A stretch of DNA of 64,000 nt from the NCBI GenBank assembly GCA_001662655.1, contig KV460215.1; one strand, given 5' to 3'. Under the pieces are notes generated by a model, which did no database searches, was not told where the DNA came from, and saw only the letters and a program-made list of their open reading frames with translations. Within the stretch, counting starts at the first letter, position 1, and the number at the start of each line of letters is the position of its first letter. The position numbers and the translations under genes are program-made. Source of the DNA: Pseudogymnoascus verrucosus. Lineage: Eukaryota. Of the stretch, positions 37,002 through 48,911 are shown one piece after another.

Positions 37002-38061
37002 ATGTCGAAGATCATCGCTGTCATCGGCGCCACAGGCGCACAAGGTGGATCTGTTATTTCCACACTCCTAGCGGACGGCACCTACAAGATTAGGGGTGTC
37101 ACTAGAAATGTTACGAGCGCTAAGTCTCAAGCCCTGACTGCGCAAGGGGTCGAAATGATACAAGCAGATTTGGACGATGAGCAAGCTTTAATCAAAGCAT
37201 TCAAGGTCTGTCCCTGACATTGTGCAGGTATGGTGCCAACTAGCAGTCTAACATTATGATAGGGAGTCTCCGCAATCTATGCGGTGACCGATTTCATTCA
37301 GCCATTCGGCAAGTACGGTCCAGAAGTCGCACTCAAGGGAGAGGTTGCTCAAGGCATTAACCTTGCGAATGCTGCCTCCAAAACGTCAACTCTGGAACAC
37401 TACATCTGGAGCACATTACCAAATGGCAAAGAGCTCTCGGGTGGGAAGCACATCGTTCCCCACTTTGAGGGAAAGAACCAGATCGATGCGTATATTAAGA
37501 ACAACGCCAAACTCCTTGCCAAGACAACATTCTTGTGGAATACGTTTTATGCTAGCAACCTAACGTTTCCCCCATTCACCCCAAACTTATTAGTGAGTAT
37601 TCTTGTCTTTGATTAGATTACAACAGCTGACTGTAATTGAGAAATCCTCCGGCAAATATGTCTGGCTCCAGCCAACTCCAGCCTCTACTCCAGTGACGAT
37701 GCTCGGAGATGCGGATGCAAACATTGGGCCTTTCGTGAGTAGCATTCTAAAAAGACCAGATCTCACTTTACCAGGCAAATTCGTTGTCGCAGCCGTAGAG
37801 GAGATGACGCATGGTGAGGTCCTCGCAACCTGGGGTCGGGCTACCGGTAAGGAGACGGAATATGTTGAAGTTACCCTCGATGACTTTGATCGCTTGTGGC
37901 CTGGGTGGGGTAAAGAGATGGGTATGATGATGCAGATGTGGGGAGACTTAGGCCATAATAGCTGGGGCGGAGAGAAGGTTCTGACAAAGGAGGACTTGGG
38001 GATCACCCAGCCTCTCATCAGCACCGAAGCTTGGTTCAAGGCTGCTGACTGGGGGTTGTAA
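37002..38061 (+). CDS. NmrA-like NAD(P)-binding family protein
   Basis: IIAVIGATGAQGGSV, RGVTRN, QGINLANAA, HYIWSTL, VPHFEGK. Two introns. Confidence 0.9.
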
Positions 38062-38370
38062 TGAAAAAGCCCACTAATTAATTTGTGTTAATTCAATTCA
38101 ACGGTATATTCTCAAGAGTCAAACTGCAGGCTTTCTAGTGAATGGTACTTGCACATGCTTATATAAATGGCGTGGCACGTGTTCTAACTTCTCACTCAAC
38201 TCATCTCACTACTGAGCTCTAAACCTCCACTTCGTAGAGCGTACTCGGTCCAAGGCGTCTAGCAATTAGCACAAGAAACAAGCTAAACGCAAAGCTTCGT
38301 TAGAATATCCTAGAATGCTACAACCATGTTTTGATCAGTTTTATGCTGAATCACTGTTAAGCGGAGCCAG

Positions 38371-40247
38371 TCAATGTCCAACGAACCCCATGTCGCTATA
38401 ACTAGACGTTAGGACCGAGCATCGATATATACGGCTCGAAGAGGAACTGGTCCTAGCCCAACCCCTAGTCCAAATTTGGCAGGGCAGTGTTGGTCTCGGA
38501 TTCCTAGTGCGCCTAGAAGGATTGAAAGCTCCCGTCGACAGCTTCCAGCTGGGCAAGCTCCTTTCGCTTCCTTACTACGTTAAGACCGAGTAGATGCTGC
38601 GTAATCAACAATGCCTCACGGTTCAGCCCTGTATCGGCGGCTTGGACGAGATTCTCTAAGCCCCTAAATGCAGCGGCGATGTGGACGGAGGAGGCAGGTG
38701 TGTCGATCGCCAACAAGACGCAGGTATAGTGGAAGACGCTACTGATGACATTCTAGAACAAATGGCCCTTGCTGACTAGCTGCTCGGCCGCCTGAACTGC
38801 GGCCTTATCGCTTTTAATAACGAGGTTAAATATCTCGTCTGATATGTCCATCTTAAGCTGGTAAATCCGTCGATAGGAGCAAAACGCGAGGTCCGCCTTA
38901 GTCACTAAGGAACGGATGGACGACTTGGAGCTTATCTAAGGCTTTAAGACGCTCGAATAGCTCCTCCCTCGGAGTTGGAGGCTGGCATTCGAGATGGAAC
39001 GGCGAGTTGGGCGCTAGGATGATCTAGGCTATTTGCGCAAACTAGTCGGCAACGGACCCTAATACTAGGATGATATCCCGACAACTTACGGCCCGAAATT
39101 GTATAGACGAGCGATTAAACTCATACGACAGCAAGTTATGCCTAGCCCACGAGATCTAGAAAATCCGCCTCAGCCGGTCCGCATCATGTCCTGCGACAGC
39201 AGCGCCGGCAACAGACGCCATCTTCCTGATGGTTTCTTCCTCGTGCAGCCCTACCGCTTCGCAGAGGTGCATGACGGTGCAAGACGCAATCTAGGCATTG
39301 TTGGGACGGGTCGTGGCGCGTAGGTAAAACGTTCGCATGGCCTATGCGATGACGTGGTCGACGCCCAGCACGCGCATGGAGGCCAGATCATCAAGAATGG
39401 CTTTGGCGTACTGCACTAGGTCAGACTCTCGTGGGTGTCTGTCGGGGGATAGGAACCACCTAAGGGCGGCGACGCTAGCGGCCACGGTGGTAAAGGCGAT
39501 CGCGGTGCTGCCGGACCCCCAGTAGTAATCCCGACATCGCTAGGCATAGATTCTCGCGTCCATGTAGTCGGCAATAGGGGCAATTGCCGAGTAAAAAATG
39601 CCCGAGAATGTGCCAAGGTCGTACTCCGAGATGAGATCACCTAGCAAGCCATGAGGGTTAGAAGCCTCTTCGGGGCGGATGCTAAAGTTGTAGGCGAACG
39701 AGCGCATCTTAGGAGGGCTGTCGGAGCCTAGAGCCACGCCTAGGACATGCGGGAATGCCATGGCGGCCGATGCCCCGGCGTATCTGGACTTGTGCTCGTC
39801 GAATATGCTGGCAGGCGTAGTGGAGGCCGCAGACGCGCCGGCCGGACTCATCCCGTCGGCTTCGCGGTGTCCTCGCTCTACATGAGCCGGCTTGGCGGGA
39901 CTCGGCGATGTGGAGGCGGCGGCCCGGCCCATCATCCTAATTCCGCCGAGGAGGCAGGCGCGCATGTCTCGGGGCGGCGAAGAATGTACGTCGCCGCCCG
40001 GAGTGTCAGTGGTGTCGTCGACGTCCGGGCCCATCATCCTATATCCGCTGAAGAAGCTGCGGCGCTTACGGGGCGCAGCATGTACGCCGTCGCTCGTAGT
40101 GCCAGTGGTGTCATCGGCATACCTGCAGTTGTATTCGTAGGTTGCGCACATGCCACAGGGGTACTCGGCGTCGCATTTCAGCTTGCGCTGATGGCAAGGG
40201 ATACATGTTTTCCTCGCGCGCTTGCGGATGCTGGTTGTTGTCGACAT
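38371..40247 (-). pseudogene. Zn(II)2Cys6 transcription factor (Rdr1-like) inactivated by multiple TAG stops
   Basis: RKRARKTCIPCHQRKLKCDAEYPCGMC..YNC and ASAAMAFP. The frame continues past 39540 with at least six TAGs where Gln/Trp fit (YA*RC, VIA*AM, NNA*IA, IF*IS, AD*FA, IA*II). Confidence 0.85.
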
Positions 40248-40448
40248 GACTGCTAAGAGGGTATGAGCATTCCTAGCTACAGTTGCTGTCAGTGGTTGTG
40301 AGGTTGGTTTTCTGATCCAACTATCCCGGAGGGAGAGTTAAATTACGGGATAAAGCCACAGCGAAGATTTTTCTGTTCGCCGGTGATTATGCGCGTATAT
40401 CTAGTGTGCGCCATGGGGAATCGGTAGTCTCAGACCGCCGGTTTGACA

Positions 40449-40484
40449 GATTTCCAACCCAGACCGCGGTCTGGGTTGGAAATC
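40449..40484. repeat. Perfect 36-bp palindrome
   Basis: GATTTCCAACCCAGACCG is followed immediately by its reverse complement CGGTCTGGGTTGGAAATC. Confidence 0.95.
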
Positions 40485-40942
40485 CAGAGTAAACCGCTGA
40501 GACCGGTGTACCCCAGCGGTTTCTTGGCAGACCGGTCACTTGATAAAAATATTAGGTGCTTGATAAATTGTTACTAAATAGTAAAAAAGGGAGGGGGGAA
40601 GTGTATTTTTGATAGCAATAGGTGAATATTAATTGATATTTAAATACAGTTAACTTATGATAAAATGGTGTCTTTAGTCGTGGTTGTCGTGTGGGAGACC
40701 CTTATATTTACGTCCCTGGCACGGACCCTGTCCAGACTTTAGGTGGAGGGCACCTTCTACCTCACTAAACAATTAGGGAGGCACGTCTGCCTGAAAACAT
40801 CAGTGATGTTGGAGCACCACCATTTACCGCCATGGGCTCATTAAAACCACCTCACATCCGCGTCTATTGCTGATCGCAGAAACCATCATACTCCCTATCA
40901 CAGTAACCATCCTACCCCCAATCCCAATTACAGGAGCCATCC

Positions 40943-42426
40943 ATGGATTCCCCATCCCTCGTCCGAGAAATGCCCCTCGAGGTCTTCCTCCAAGTCTCAT
41001 CCTACCTCACCACCCCCGACCTCTGCGCGCTGCGCCGCACCTGCAAACGCACCGAAGCCTGGCTCTTCGACACCTTCTCCCTCGAGTTCTTCACCCGGAA
41101 GCAGTTCATGCTCACCGAGACAAGCCTGCAGGCCTTAATCGACATATCGAACCACCCCACCCTATCCCAGTGCCTCCGTCACGTTATCATCGGCCTAGAC
41201 AACTACGACTACAGCGGCCGCCCCCTCCCCCATTTCAGCCAAGACGCCCATGCAAACCGCTACCGCGCCGGCCTCGCCGATCAGTTTACCCTGCTGAGCA
41301 CCGGCCAGGACCGGGACATGCTAGCCTGCGCCTTCAGGAATCTGCCTAACCTCCAGACCGTAGGCTTGCGCGACTACAGCTCGGGCGGCCGCATCCGCGA
41401 TAGTGGACAGTGGCATAGCTACGGCGCGACCACTATCTTTGAGGAGACGGGCGTCCGCTTGGCGGGCGGGTACAGGCAGGGCGCCATCGATACGGACCTA
41501 CGCTATGCCTCTCGCGCGTTCTCGTCCGTGCTCTATGCACTCGGGCAGTCCGGTGCCAGGCCGGCAGCCTTCGAGGTGCTGTTGAAGAAACGCGGCTTTG
41601 GGCTGCGGGATTACGCATTTAACATCCCCAATTTCCTCGAGCCTTCGGTCGTGCCTGTGCTAGCCTCTCTCAAGACTCTGCTACTGGGCGTCAGTCTAGC
41701 GAATGAGAGTATATTCGACACCCCAGGGGCGAACAACTCTCCAGACCTAGAGAGTCGTGATTTCCGCTTCAGACAGTTCTTCCATCACACGCCCAACCTC
41801 ACTCACCTCCGCCTTAACTTCCAGAACGTAGAGACCTCGAACGACGAAGACTTCCTGGTCTGGCTGAGCCGTCCCGCGCTGCACCCCGCCTCACCAGCCC
41901 CCATCGTGCTCTCCCAGCTCCGACGTCTGGACATCGGGATGCTCTCCGTAGCGCCGCACGTGCTGCTCGATGTCATCCGCAAGTTCCAGCCGATGCTGCG
42001 GGAGCTCAGTCTGTGGAAGATCACGCTCAAGTCTACGGACCAGGACCGGCGGCGCGGGAAGAGGGTTAATGTGTGGGCCAAGTTCTTCGCGAAGCTGTCG
42101 GACCTGGATCATCTCTCTGTGGGCTGTCTTTCGCAGCTGTCGCAGCAGGAGCAGCAGCAGGTCGGGTTTAGGCCTGTCGATAGCCAGGAGGACGCATGGG
42201 GGATTTCAAGGGACTACTCGAGGGACGACATGTTGGACTTTCCGTATAATCTGGTGCGAGATGTGCTTCTTGAGTGGCCAGAAGGTGGCGACGGTGAGGA
42301 TGGTATGTTTTGCCCGTCCTGCGTGAAGTCTTCGAAGTGCAGTACTGATTAAATTTACTAGAATCCATGTCGGATGATACCAGTGATGATTATGACAACG
42401 ATACTGACATGGATGATGACGAATGA
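40943..42426 (+). CDS. F-box domain protein with acidic tail
   Basis: N-terminal MPLEVFLQVSSYLTTPDLCALRRTCK and LRR-like LTHLRL/LRRLDI/LRELSL. Intron 42303-42361, then ESMSDDTSDDYDNDTDMDDDE*. Confidence 0.82.
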
Positions 42427-42592
42427 AAAACAATTCTCTTGAAGACTATGATGTTTGGGAGCCATTTGCATTGAAACCCCCAGTGATGGGCTAGCTAGTA
42501 GACTAGTAAGAGTGCGCGCATGGTATATTCATTATGTTGCTGAACCTCGCGAACAAAGTTAAGGACAACCTCCAGAATTAGCTTAGAGCAAG

Positions 42593-42845
42593 GATTTGGA
42601 GCAGAGCAACATTATAATGTTGGAGCTACTGATAGTTTAGAATAAAGTTGGGCGTTTCGCCTCCCCCGACTCCCCATTCAACAAATATTCCCACCAAAGT
42701 TCTCCTCTTGGAATCTTGCTTTGGAACAGAGCAACACTGCAATGTTGGGGTTACAGATTAGAATAAGCTCGGGTGTTTCGCCTTCCCCAACTCCTCATTC
42801 GATTTCCACTAATATTCTCCTCTTCACATCTTGATTTGGAACAGA
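42593..42845. repeat. Degenerate ~125-bp tandem repeat (2 copies plus a partial)
   Basis: tttggaRcagagcaaca..aatgttgg..ttagaataa..ggg.gtttcgcct.ccc..actcc.cattc..ttctcctctt..atcttg repeated. Confidence 0.75.
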
Positions 42846-43451
42846 TATCGAAGTCGAACCTGGGCAACATCATAGCAGATATACTCGTTGTAATAAAGGC
42901 AGCCACTTTGGGAATCAACATCAGTAGGTGCCGGCTCGACCGTCGTATCAGGCTGCAGAGGGCCAGGAGTTAGTCTGAAGAGTAACCAAAAAAGACGGAG
43001 AAAGGAAAAAAAAACGGTTGACAGTCACTTCTACACATGCCGACCTCATTCGGCCCGGAGCGCGTATGAGGAGCCGAAGAAGTCTGATAGCAGGATGAAC
43101 TCGCTCCGGAAGTCGTCACTGATGAGCCTCCACAGCCACCAAATCAACAGTATTTTCCGCAGCCATCACCCCCACAGACCGAGCTTGATTCGCGCCCTAT
43201 TAATCCAATATATTCTCAACAACCCTACGTACCTGGCCAGCAGCCTCCACAGCTGAGAAATGGCTTGACGGTATATGAGGCTCCTTAATGCTACGAGTAG
43301 ATGGGCGACTATTTGTTTTACGGGGTTTGGGCTATATACCAATGTACGATTAAATATGAATGAGGTATCGCGACCTTTTTTTAGTTGTCACTAGTTGTGG
43401 TAAAGATTGGAACTGTGCTCTGACATTTAAAAAATTGTATTTATTCACAGC

Positions 43452-44681
43452 TTAGTAATTATTGAAATAGATGTTCCCCACTTGACATTGATCAGGAGCC
43501 CCATCGCAAATCCAGTACCCCAACCCACTATCAGGATCAAGCTCCTTCCAAAAGCGAATATTATACGGATTATAAATATCCTGCTTGAGGTCTTGGCCGT
43601 ACAATTCTAGCTTCTCCATGAACAAGATGTGAAAAACCGTCTGCTGGATAGCGATGCATACTTCTCGTCCAGGTCCTAGAGCTCGTACCATGTCTTCAAT
43701 AGGGCCCAGAAAGACAGTTTCTATGCCACCTAAATCGATAACTGTGCTGTGGGTATCTGGCCTTAGTCTCAATTCGCCAAGGATGTTTATGTCGAGTTGG
43801 CGAACGCGGGGAAATAATTCTGGGACCATCCGGCACAGCTCATGTAGCGCCGAGTCTTTCGTCGTAGGGTCATTCCAAAGAACGTTCAATGGTTTGTCCG
43901 TTGTCGCTGTAGGTCTAAAAGTCCAGGAAACTTCCATAGATTCGATGCTTCGTAATCTCTGGGGCAGAATTAAGCGTGGAAGGTGTAGTAGCAGGTCGAA
44001 ATTATCCATGTGGAAATTATTCGTTGAGAACAGAATATCAACACCATCAGCATACCTATTTAAACCATTATTATATTCCTTTACCATACCGAGTAGGACA
44101 GGGTTTAATAATGAAATAACCCACGCTTGTCTGCACGCCAAAATCCATCCCATAGCGTTAACGCGGCACCTCAGAGGTTGTTTGTCGTCCACCTCCGGCC
44201 CACACTCTCTATGATTCCGCCCATCTTTGCATCCACCAGCACATGGAAGTTTCCTCTGATTCGTGATCCATCGTTCCTCGCCGAAGTTTCTGCGGGGGAT
44301 GCCATCCGGCAACAAACTATCAGTCTGGTGGCACTCGCAAGAGTACCACCCCCAGGTTTTGCTTTTCGCATACGCATAAGCCCCATCTTTTCCAATCATA
44401 TATTTTCCTTTCTTACGGACAGGTCGATTGAGATATGTTAGGTCCACGTGCAAGGTGCGCCCGCCAAGCGCCTCGGTAAGGATCTGCCGACGTATTTCAT
44501 ATGGGAGATGCTGGAAGTAGCCATAGCTATCCATTGATGACGCGAGGTTCTCCTTCGATGGCGACGGTGTTAAAATACTCGGTCTTTCAACAGGAAGGAA
44601 TGGAAGAGGATCTAGGACTGGCTCTGCCTGAGTAGAACTCCACGACAGGTTGTTTCGGAGCCATCTTTTGAGACTCGGCAT
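43452..44681 (-). CDS. Fungal hypothetical protein (DUF7730-like)
   Basis: FQHLPYEIRRQIL..ALGGRTLHV and GWILACRQA/YADGVDILFSTNNF after removing a probable in-frame intron at about 44123-44056. Confidence 0.7.
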   Translation of the reverse strand: MPSLKRWLRNNLSWSSTQAEPVLDPLPFLPVERPSILTPSPSKENLASSMDSYGYFQHLPYEIRRQILTEALGGRTLHVDLTYLNRPVRKKGKYMIGKDGAYAYAKSKTWGWYSCECHQTDSLLPDGIPRRNFGEERWITNQRKLPCAGGCKDGRNHRECGPEVDDKQPLRCRVNAMGWILACRQAWVISLLNPVLLGMVKEYNNGLNRYADGVDILFSTNNFHMDNFDLLLHLPRLILPQRLRSIESMEVSWTFRPTATTDKPLNVLWNDPTTKDSALHELCRMVPELFPRVRQLDINILGELRLRPDTHSTVIDLGGIETVFLGPIEDMVRALGPGREVCIAIQQTVFHILFMEKLELYGQDLKQDIYNPYNIRFWKELDPDSGLGYWICDGAPDQCQVGNIYFNNY

Positions 44682-44999
44682 GGGTGGGAGAGCTGGAGGA
44701 ACAGACCGCTGACGTTGATATTCCGATATGCCTATCGTATGTACAACAAATCATTTATAACTTCTCGTAGACCTAAAATACAGCCCTTGTTGGTTGGTAA
44801 GTGGGAAGTAAATGAGGGGGTGGTGATGATCGTCGTGGTCGTCGTGACAGCGGCAAGTGGGGCGCGTTAAGGCTGCGACAGGGGCTAAGGTCTCACAGAA
44901 TAGCCCACTCCTCGAAATAATACAGTAAATCCTGGGCCATACCCACGCCGGTATTGTCGTTTGAGATAGACGTTCAATATTTCCCAAGGTAGGAAGGAG

Positions 45000-45110
45000 C
45001 GTTCCTTCCCTCTAGAGTCAGTCGTTCTTTCCATATCAAGATACTCAAGGATCGTTCCTTCGCTATTTGCCAGGCCGTTCCTTCCTTACTTACTTGGTCG
45101 TTCCTTCCCT
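45000..45110. repeat. Five spaced copies of CGTTC(C/T)TTC
   Basis: Copies near 45000, 45023, 45053, 45076 and 45099. An inverted AGGAAGGAGCG overlaps the first. Confidence 0.75.
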
Positions 45111-45330
45111 ATTTAACCCCCTTAAGAAAGAAATAGTGCGGCGACGAGTCATTCACAGGCACTATTTCAAAGACACCATAGAGTATAATCCGTCTCATTC
45201 ATTATTCTCTTCTTGGCGCCAGAGATATATTATCTAGATAACACTGTATCATCCGCACTAGTAACTCCCTCTCCATCTCTTCCATATGCATACATTGCCC
45301 AATCCCAAAAAACAATGCACTATCCCTCTC

Positions 45331-48300
45331 TTACCAGGCCGCAGCATCCTTATCAAACCGCGCCAACTCCTTCCCCGCATCCTCCACATCCTTCTTCGCC
45401 TTCATGCGCATGTAAAAGATGGGACAATCCTTACTACTGCAAATAACTTCGCAGTGCATACTCTCCTGGCACCGCTGGCACTGCGTCCACAGCCTGCCAA
45501 ACCGCACCTCAAGATCGCTCACCTTCGTCAGCGTCTTCGTGTACAGCTCGCCCATACGCGGCGCGCAGTTCTTGCACACCGCGTTCCCGCTCTCCTCCTT
45601 CCCAACCAGCGGCTTCTTGCACCCCATGCACGTACTCGTCTTCTTTGCGAACTTCATCAGCCCACCGACACTAGGCGCCGCAATAGCCACGCTGCGCGTA
45701 TGTGCTCCCGTCAACAAACTGCGCGCCCGCGTCTCCCCGAGCATGGGCTCGAAAATTCGGCCGAGGGGCTTGGCTAGTTGGTTGTCTAGGTAGTACTTCG
45801 TGTCAATGGGGACATTATGCTCGAGCACGTAGAGCGGATCCTCGGAGCGCTCAAAGTTCTTGGCGCCTGCTGCGCCCTTGATGATGACATATGCCACTCG
45901 ATCGCCTAGAGTTGGGGCTGAGCCGGCGTCGCGCTTCCTCATGCGCTCAGCGAGCTCGACGTGCGCTTGCTTGTTGGCGTAATCGGCCTTGGCAAGCGCC
46001 TTGGTGATGACAAGCTTGGCCATGTCGACTTTATTCTGAAGCAGGTCCGAAATAGTGTCTTTAACGTAGCTGGATGGCTGTTAGTGAGTTATGATTACAT
46101 GGGAATGTTGAACTTACTCTTGGGCGCCTTGGACATCTTGGTCGATAAGAATCATGCGGAGGACCGTCTCGATAGTGGTTTGCACTAACCGACAGTTGTC
46201 TCTCCTGACGGTTTCGATACCTTTGGTGTCCATCTTGTCGTATTTGTCCGGATTCGTCCAGTACAGTCCAGCGTATCTCTTCTTGTTGATGAGAAGGTAC
46301 GGGAAGTAGACCTTTTCGAACTCCAACTTGATAGGCTTGACAAACTTTGATGATACGTATCGTGCAGCTTCTTCACCAAGCTTCATCGACTCGGCCAACT
46401 CTTTTGTGCCAAACTTCACCATGACTGAGTCAGTATCACCATAGATGACCTGTGCGTCGTGTGCATAGCCATTCGCAATTGTGTATTTTGCCTCCACTTC
46501 GGCCTTTGTCTTCTCAATCATTTGACGTCCATAACTGGTTGTGCTACCTGCAATTTCTAAGCAGGGCAACTTTCCAACAGTGGCACCTGTCAGTCCATAG
46601 ACGGAGTTGGCGCTAATCTTCAGCGCCAACTGTCTACCGTTCAGCACAGCCTTCTTAAAAGGGTCTGTCTCAACAGCCAGCTCCCTCTTGGCTTGCTTTC
46701 TTGCAGTAAGCAATTCGTCCAGAATTTGGGTCAGAAGACCTTTCCGTTGCTTTGCTGTGCAGAACATATCGCCATTCGGGGTAACAATATAGTCTTCGTC
46801 TTTCTTCAAGCCGAGTTTGTCAATGCTGGCCTTGTTCAATAAGGTGGTGTAACACAGGTTATGAGCCTGGATAATACTTGGATACAGAGAAGCAAAATCA
46901 AGGGTCGCAATTGGCACGTCATAATACCCTCGCGTAGGCTCGATAACTGTCGCTCCTTCGTACTGCTCGCCAGAGGCTTCCGTCCGCTGATTCGGTATAA
47001 CTAACTTCTGTTCGAGCGCTTTCCTGAATAGTTGACTGACGAATTTCACCTGTTGTCCGCGAGAAAGCAGAAAATTGAACGGGACACCAGTAACCCTAGC
47101 CATCTCGGTATAATTTTCAAGGCAGGAGAGCTTCTCCAAAAGTCGTTGTGGTAGGTACGCATCCTTCAGACAGTACACTGCCAACCTTCTTCGTGATTCA
47201 GGGGTTCCATTGAACAGCTCGGTGATCATGGTGTGGTGAACATCTTCCTTTTGCTCGCCGAGAAACTGAGCAGATACAGAATTCAACGTATAACTTCGCA
47301 GTTGGTGATCTCTCTGGACAAGTTGTAGTAAATCCAGTTGAAGTCGTCCGTTTGTATTTGTTGCCTTCGTATCTCTGTTCCCCATCTGTTTGCTGGAAAA
47401 GTTCGACTCCTTCGCCACCGACTTTATACTATGAAGACGAGACCAGTAGTCGAAACCGCCAAGCTTAAGATGCTTTGCACGGTCCAGTAGGTACGGGAAG
47501 TCAAAATTGGATATGTTGTATCCGATGATGATATCAGGATCAACCTTTTCGAGGAAGTCTCTCCATGCCATCAGCATCTTCTCTTCCCTTTGAAATTCGA
47601 AGATTTGAGTATTGACGATGAGGCTGGTGGTATCCAGACAGAAAACATTCCGGACGAATGGCTTCTTCTCACCATACCTGGTGACAACGTTCGCAATCTG
47701 GATGACTTGATCGTGGTTTGCCTCTGGGAAGATACCTTTGCGGCCAGCACACTCGATATCAAAGGACAGGATGCGAAGCGGGGCCATCTTGGACCATTCT
47801 CCCTCCGGTTTGTGGGCGATAAGGTCCCGGTATCCAATCTCTGCCTCGATTTGACAGTTTGACTGCCGTTCATTGGCGTTGATCATCTTGTAACTCGAAG
47901 CACGAGCTTCCACCCATGACATACCGGCCATTTTTGTGTCGACCATGAACCTCAACACATATTGGATGCTGTCGAACGTCAAAATCCCGCCGTCCGCTCC
48001 CTTCCACATCCCTTTCCAGTTCGCATTTCCGCCTTCAATGGTTGTCCTGACCCTGTTGATGAACTTCGGATCCGTAACTGTAATCTTCAGGTAGGGGCTC
48101 TGTTGATTGCCTTGGAACCCGTATAAGTTCTCTCTCATCACAATCTGTACTGAGTGGATTGCGGGTTGGTGTTGTGCTACTTGGCTTTCGAGGAAGACTT
48201 TAAAGCTCTCGCAGTCGGTTCTCACGAACGATACTGGCGCTGCAACATAGAGGTAGTGTAGAAAATCCGTAACGTGCAACATCACTGAATGTCCCGTCTG

Positions 48301-48742
48301 CAATAAGTCATCATCAGTATACGCTCTCCGTGGAGATGCTCGGAACACAAACCTCTGTGACACCAAACAGCTTCACCGTCGCCTTCCCACCATGAAGTGT
48401 GCCCTCCTCAGCCTCTATTTGCTGAAAGATCAGGTTGTCGGTCTCGGAGTTGAAATCGACCAGGGTCGGCCTGTCCCACTGTTGGTCCTTCTCTGAATTC
48501 TTATTCTTCAATCCTGTCATATCCTGCGTCAACTTCTCCAACACCTCCGACTCGAAATGACTCGGCTGGCTGGAGCCGGGCTTGCCCTTCGGTCCATTCT
48601 GTGACGACTTAAGTCGCGAAATGGGAGTCTCTACGCCTTCGAGCTTGCGTTTCTTCATCGAGGCGGGGGAGGAGTCGATATTTCGGCGGGCGCTCGACGC
48701 CTCACCGAATACCCGCTTCTGGGGTAAAAGTGCGCCGACCAT
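45331..48742 (-). CDS. POL3: DNA polymerase delta catalytic subunit
   Basis: [52 protein letters not shown]-terminal CysA/CysB. Introns 48352-48298 and 46117-46070. Confidence 0.98.
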
Positions 48743-48885
48743 GATTAACTGCGGTAAGGGGTATATTGGTAATAATTAGGAGCAACAGATGGAAGGACAA
48801 TTCATAGTTTGGCAGCAACGAAGATGTCGAGTTGATGTTGACTTGACATTTCACGTTTGGGCCATGCCAGGGATCCTGAGAGGTA

Positions 48886-48911
48886 ACGCGTCTAACGCGA
48901 GAGTGACGCGA
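48886..48911. promoter_or_regulatory. MCB-type cell-cycle boxes upstream of POL3
   Basis: ACGCGT at 48886, ACGCGA at 48895 and 48906, about 150 bp upstream of the ATG. Confidence 0.7.

Noticed and set aside
42593..42845. Repeat as ankyrin or other coding-repeat remnant
   Set aside because: The translations I tried gave stops and no repeat-protein consensus.
10900..45130. Starship giant transposon as the explanation for the island
   Set aside because: No tyrosine-recombinase (DUF3435) captain or typical auxiliary genes seen at either edge, and no convincing terminal or target-site repeats.
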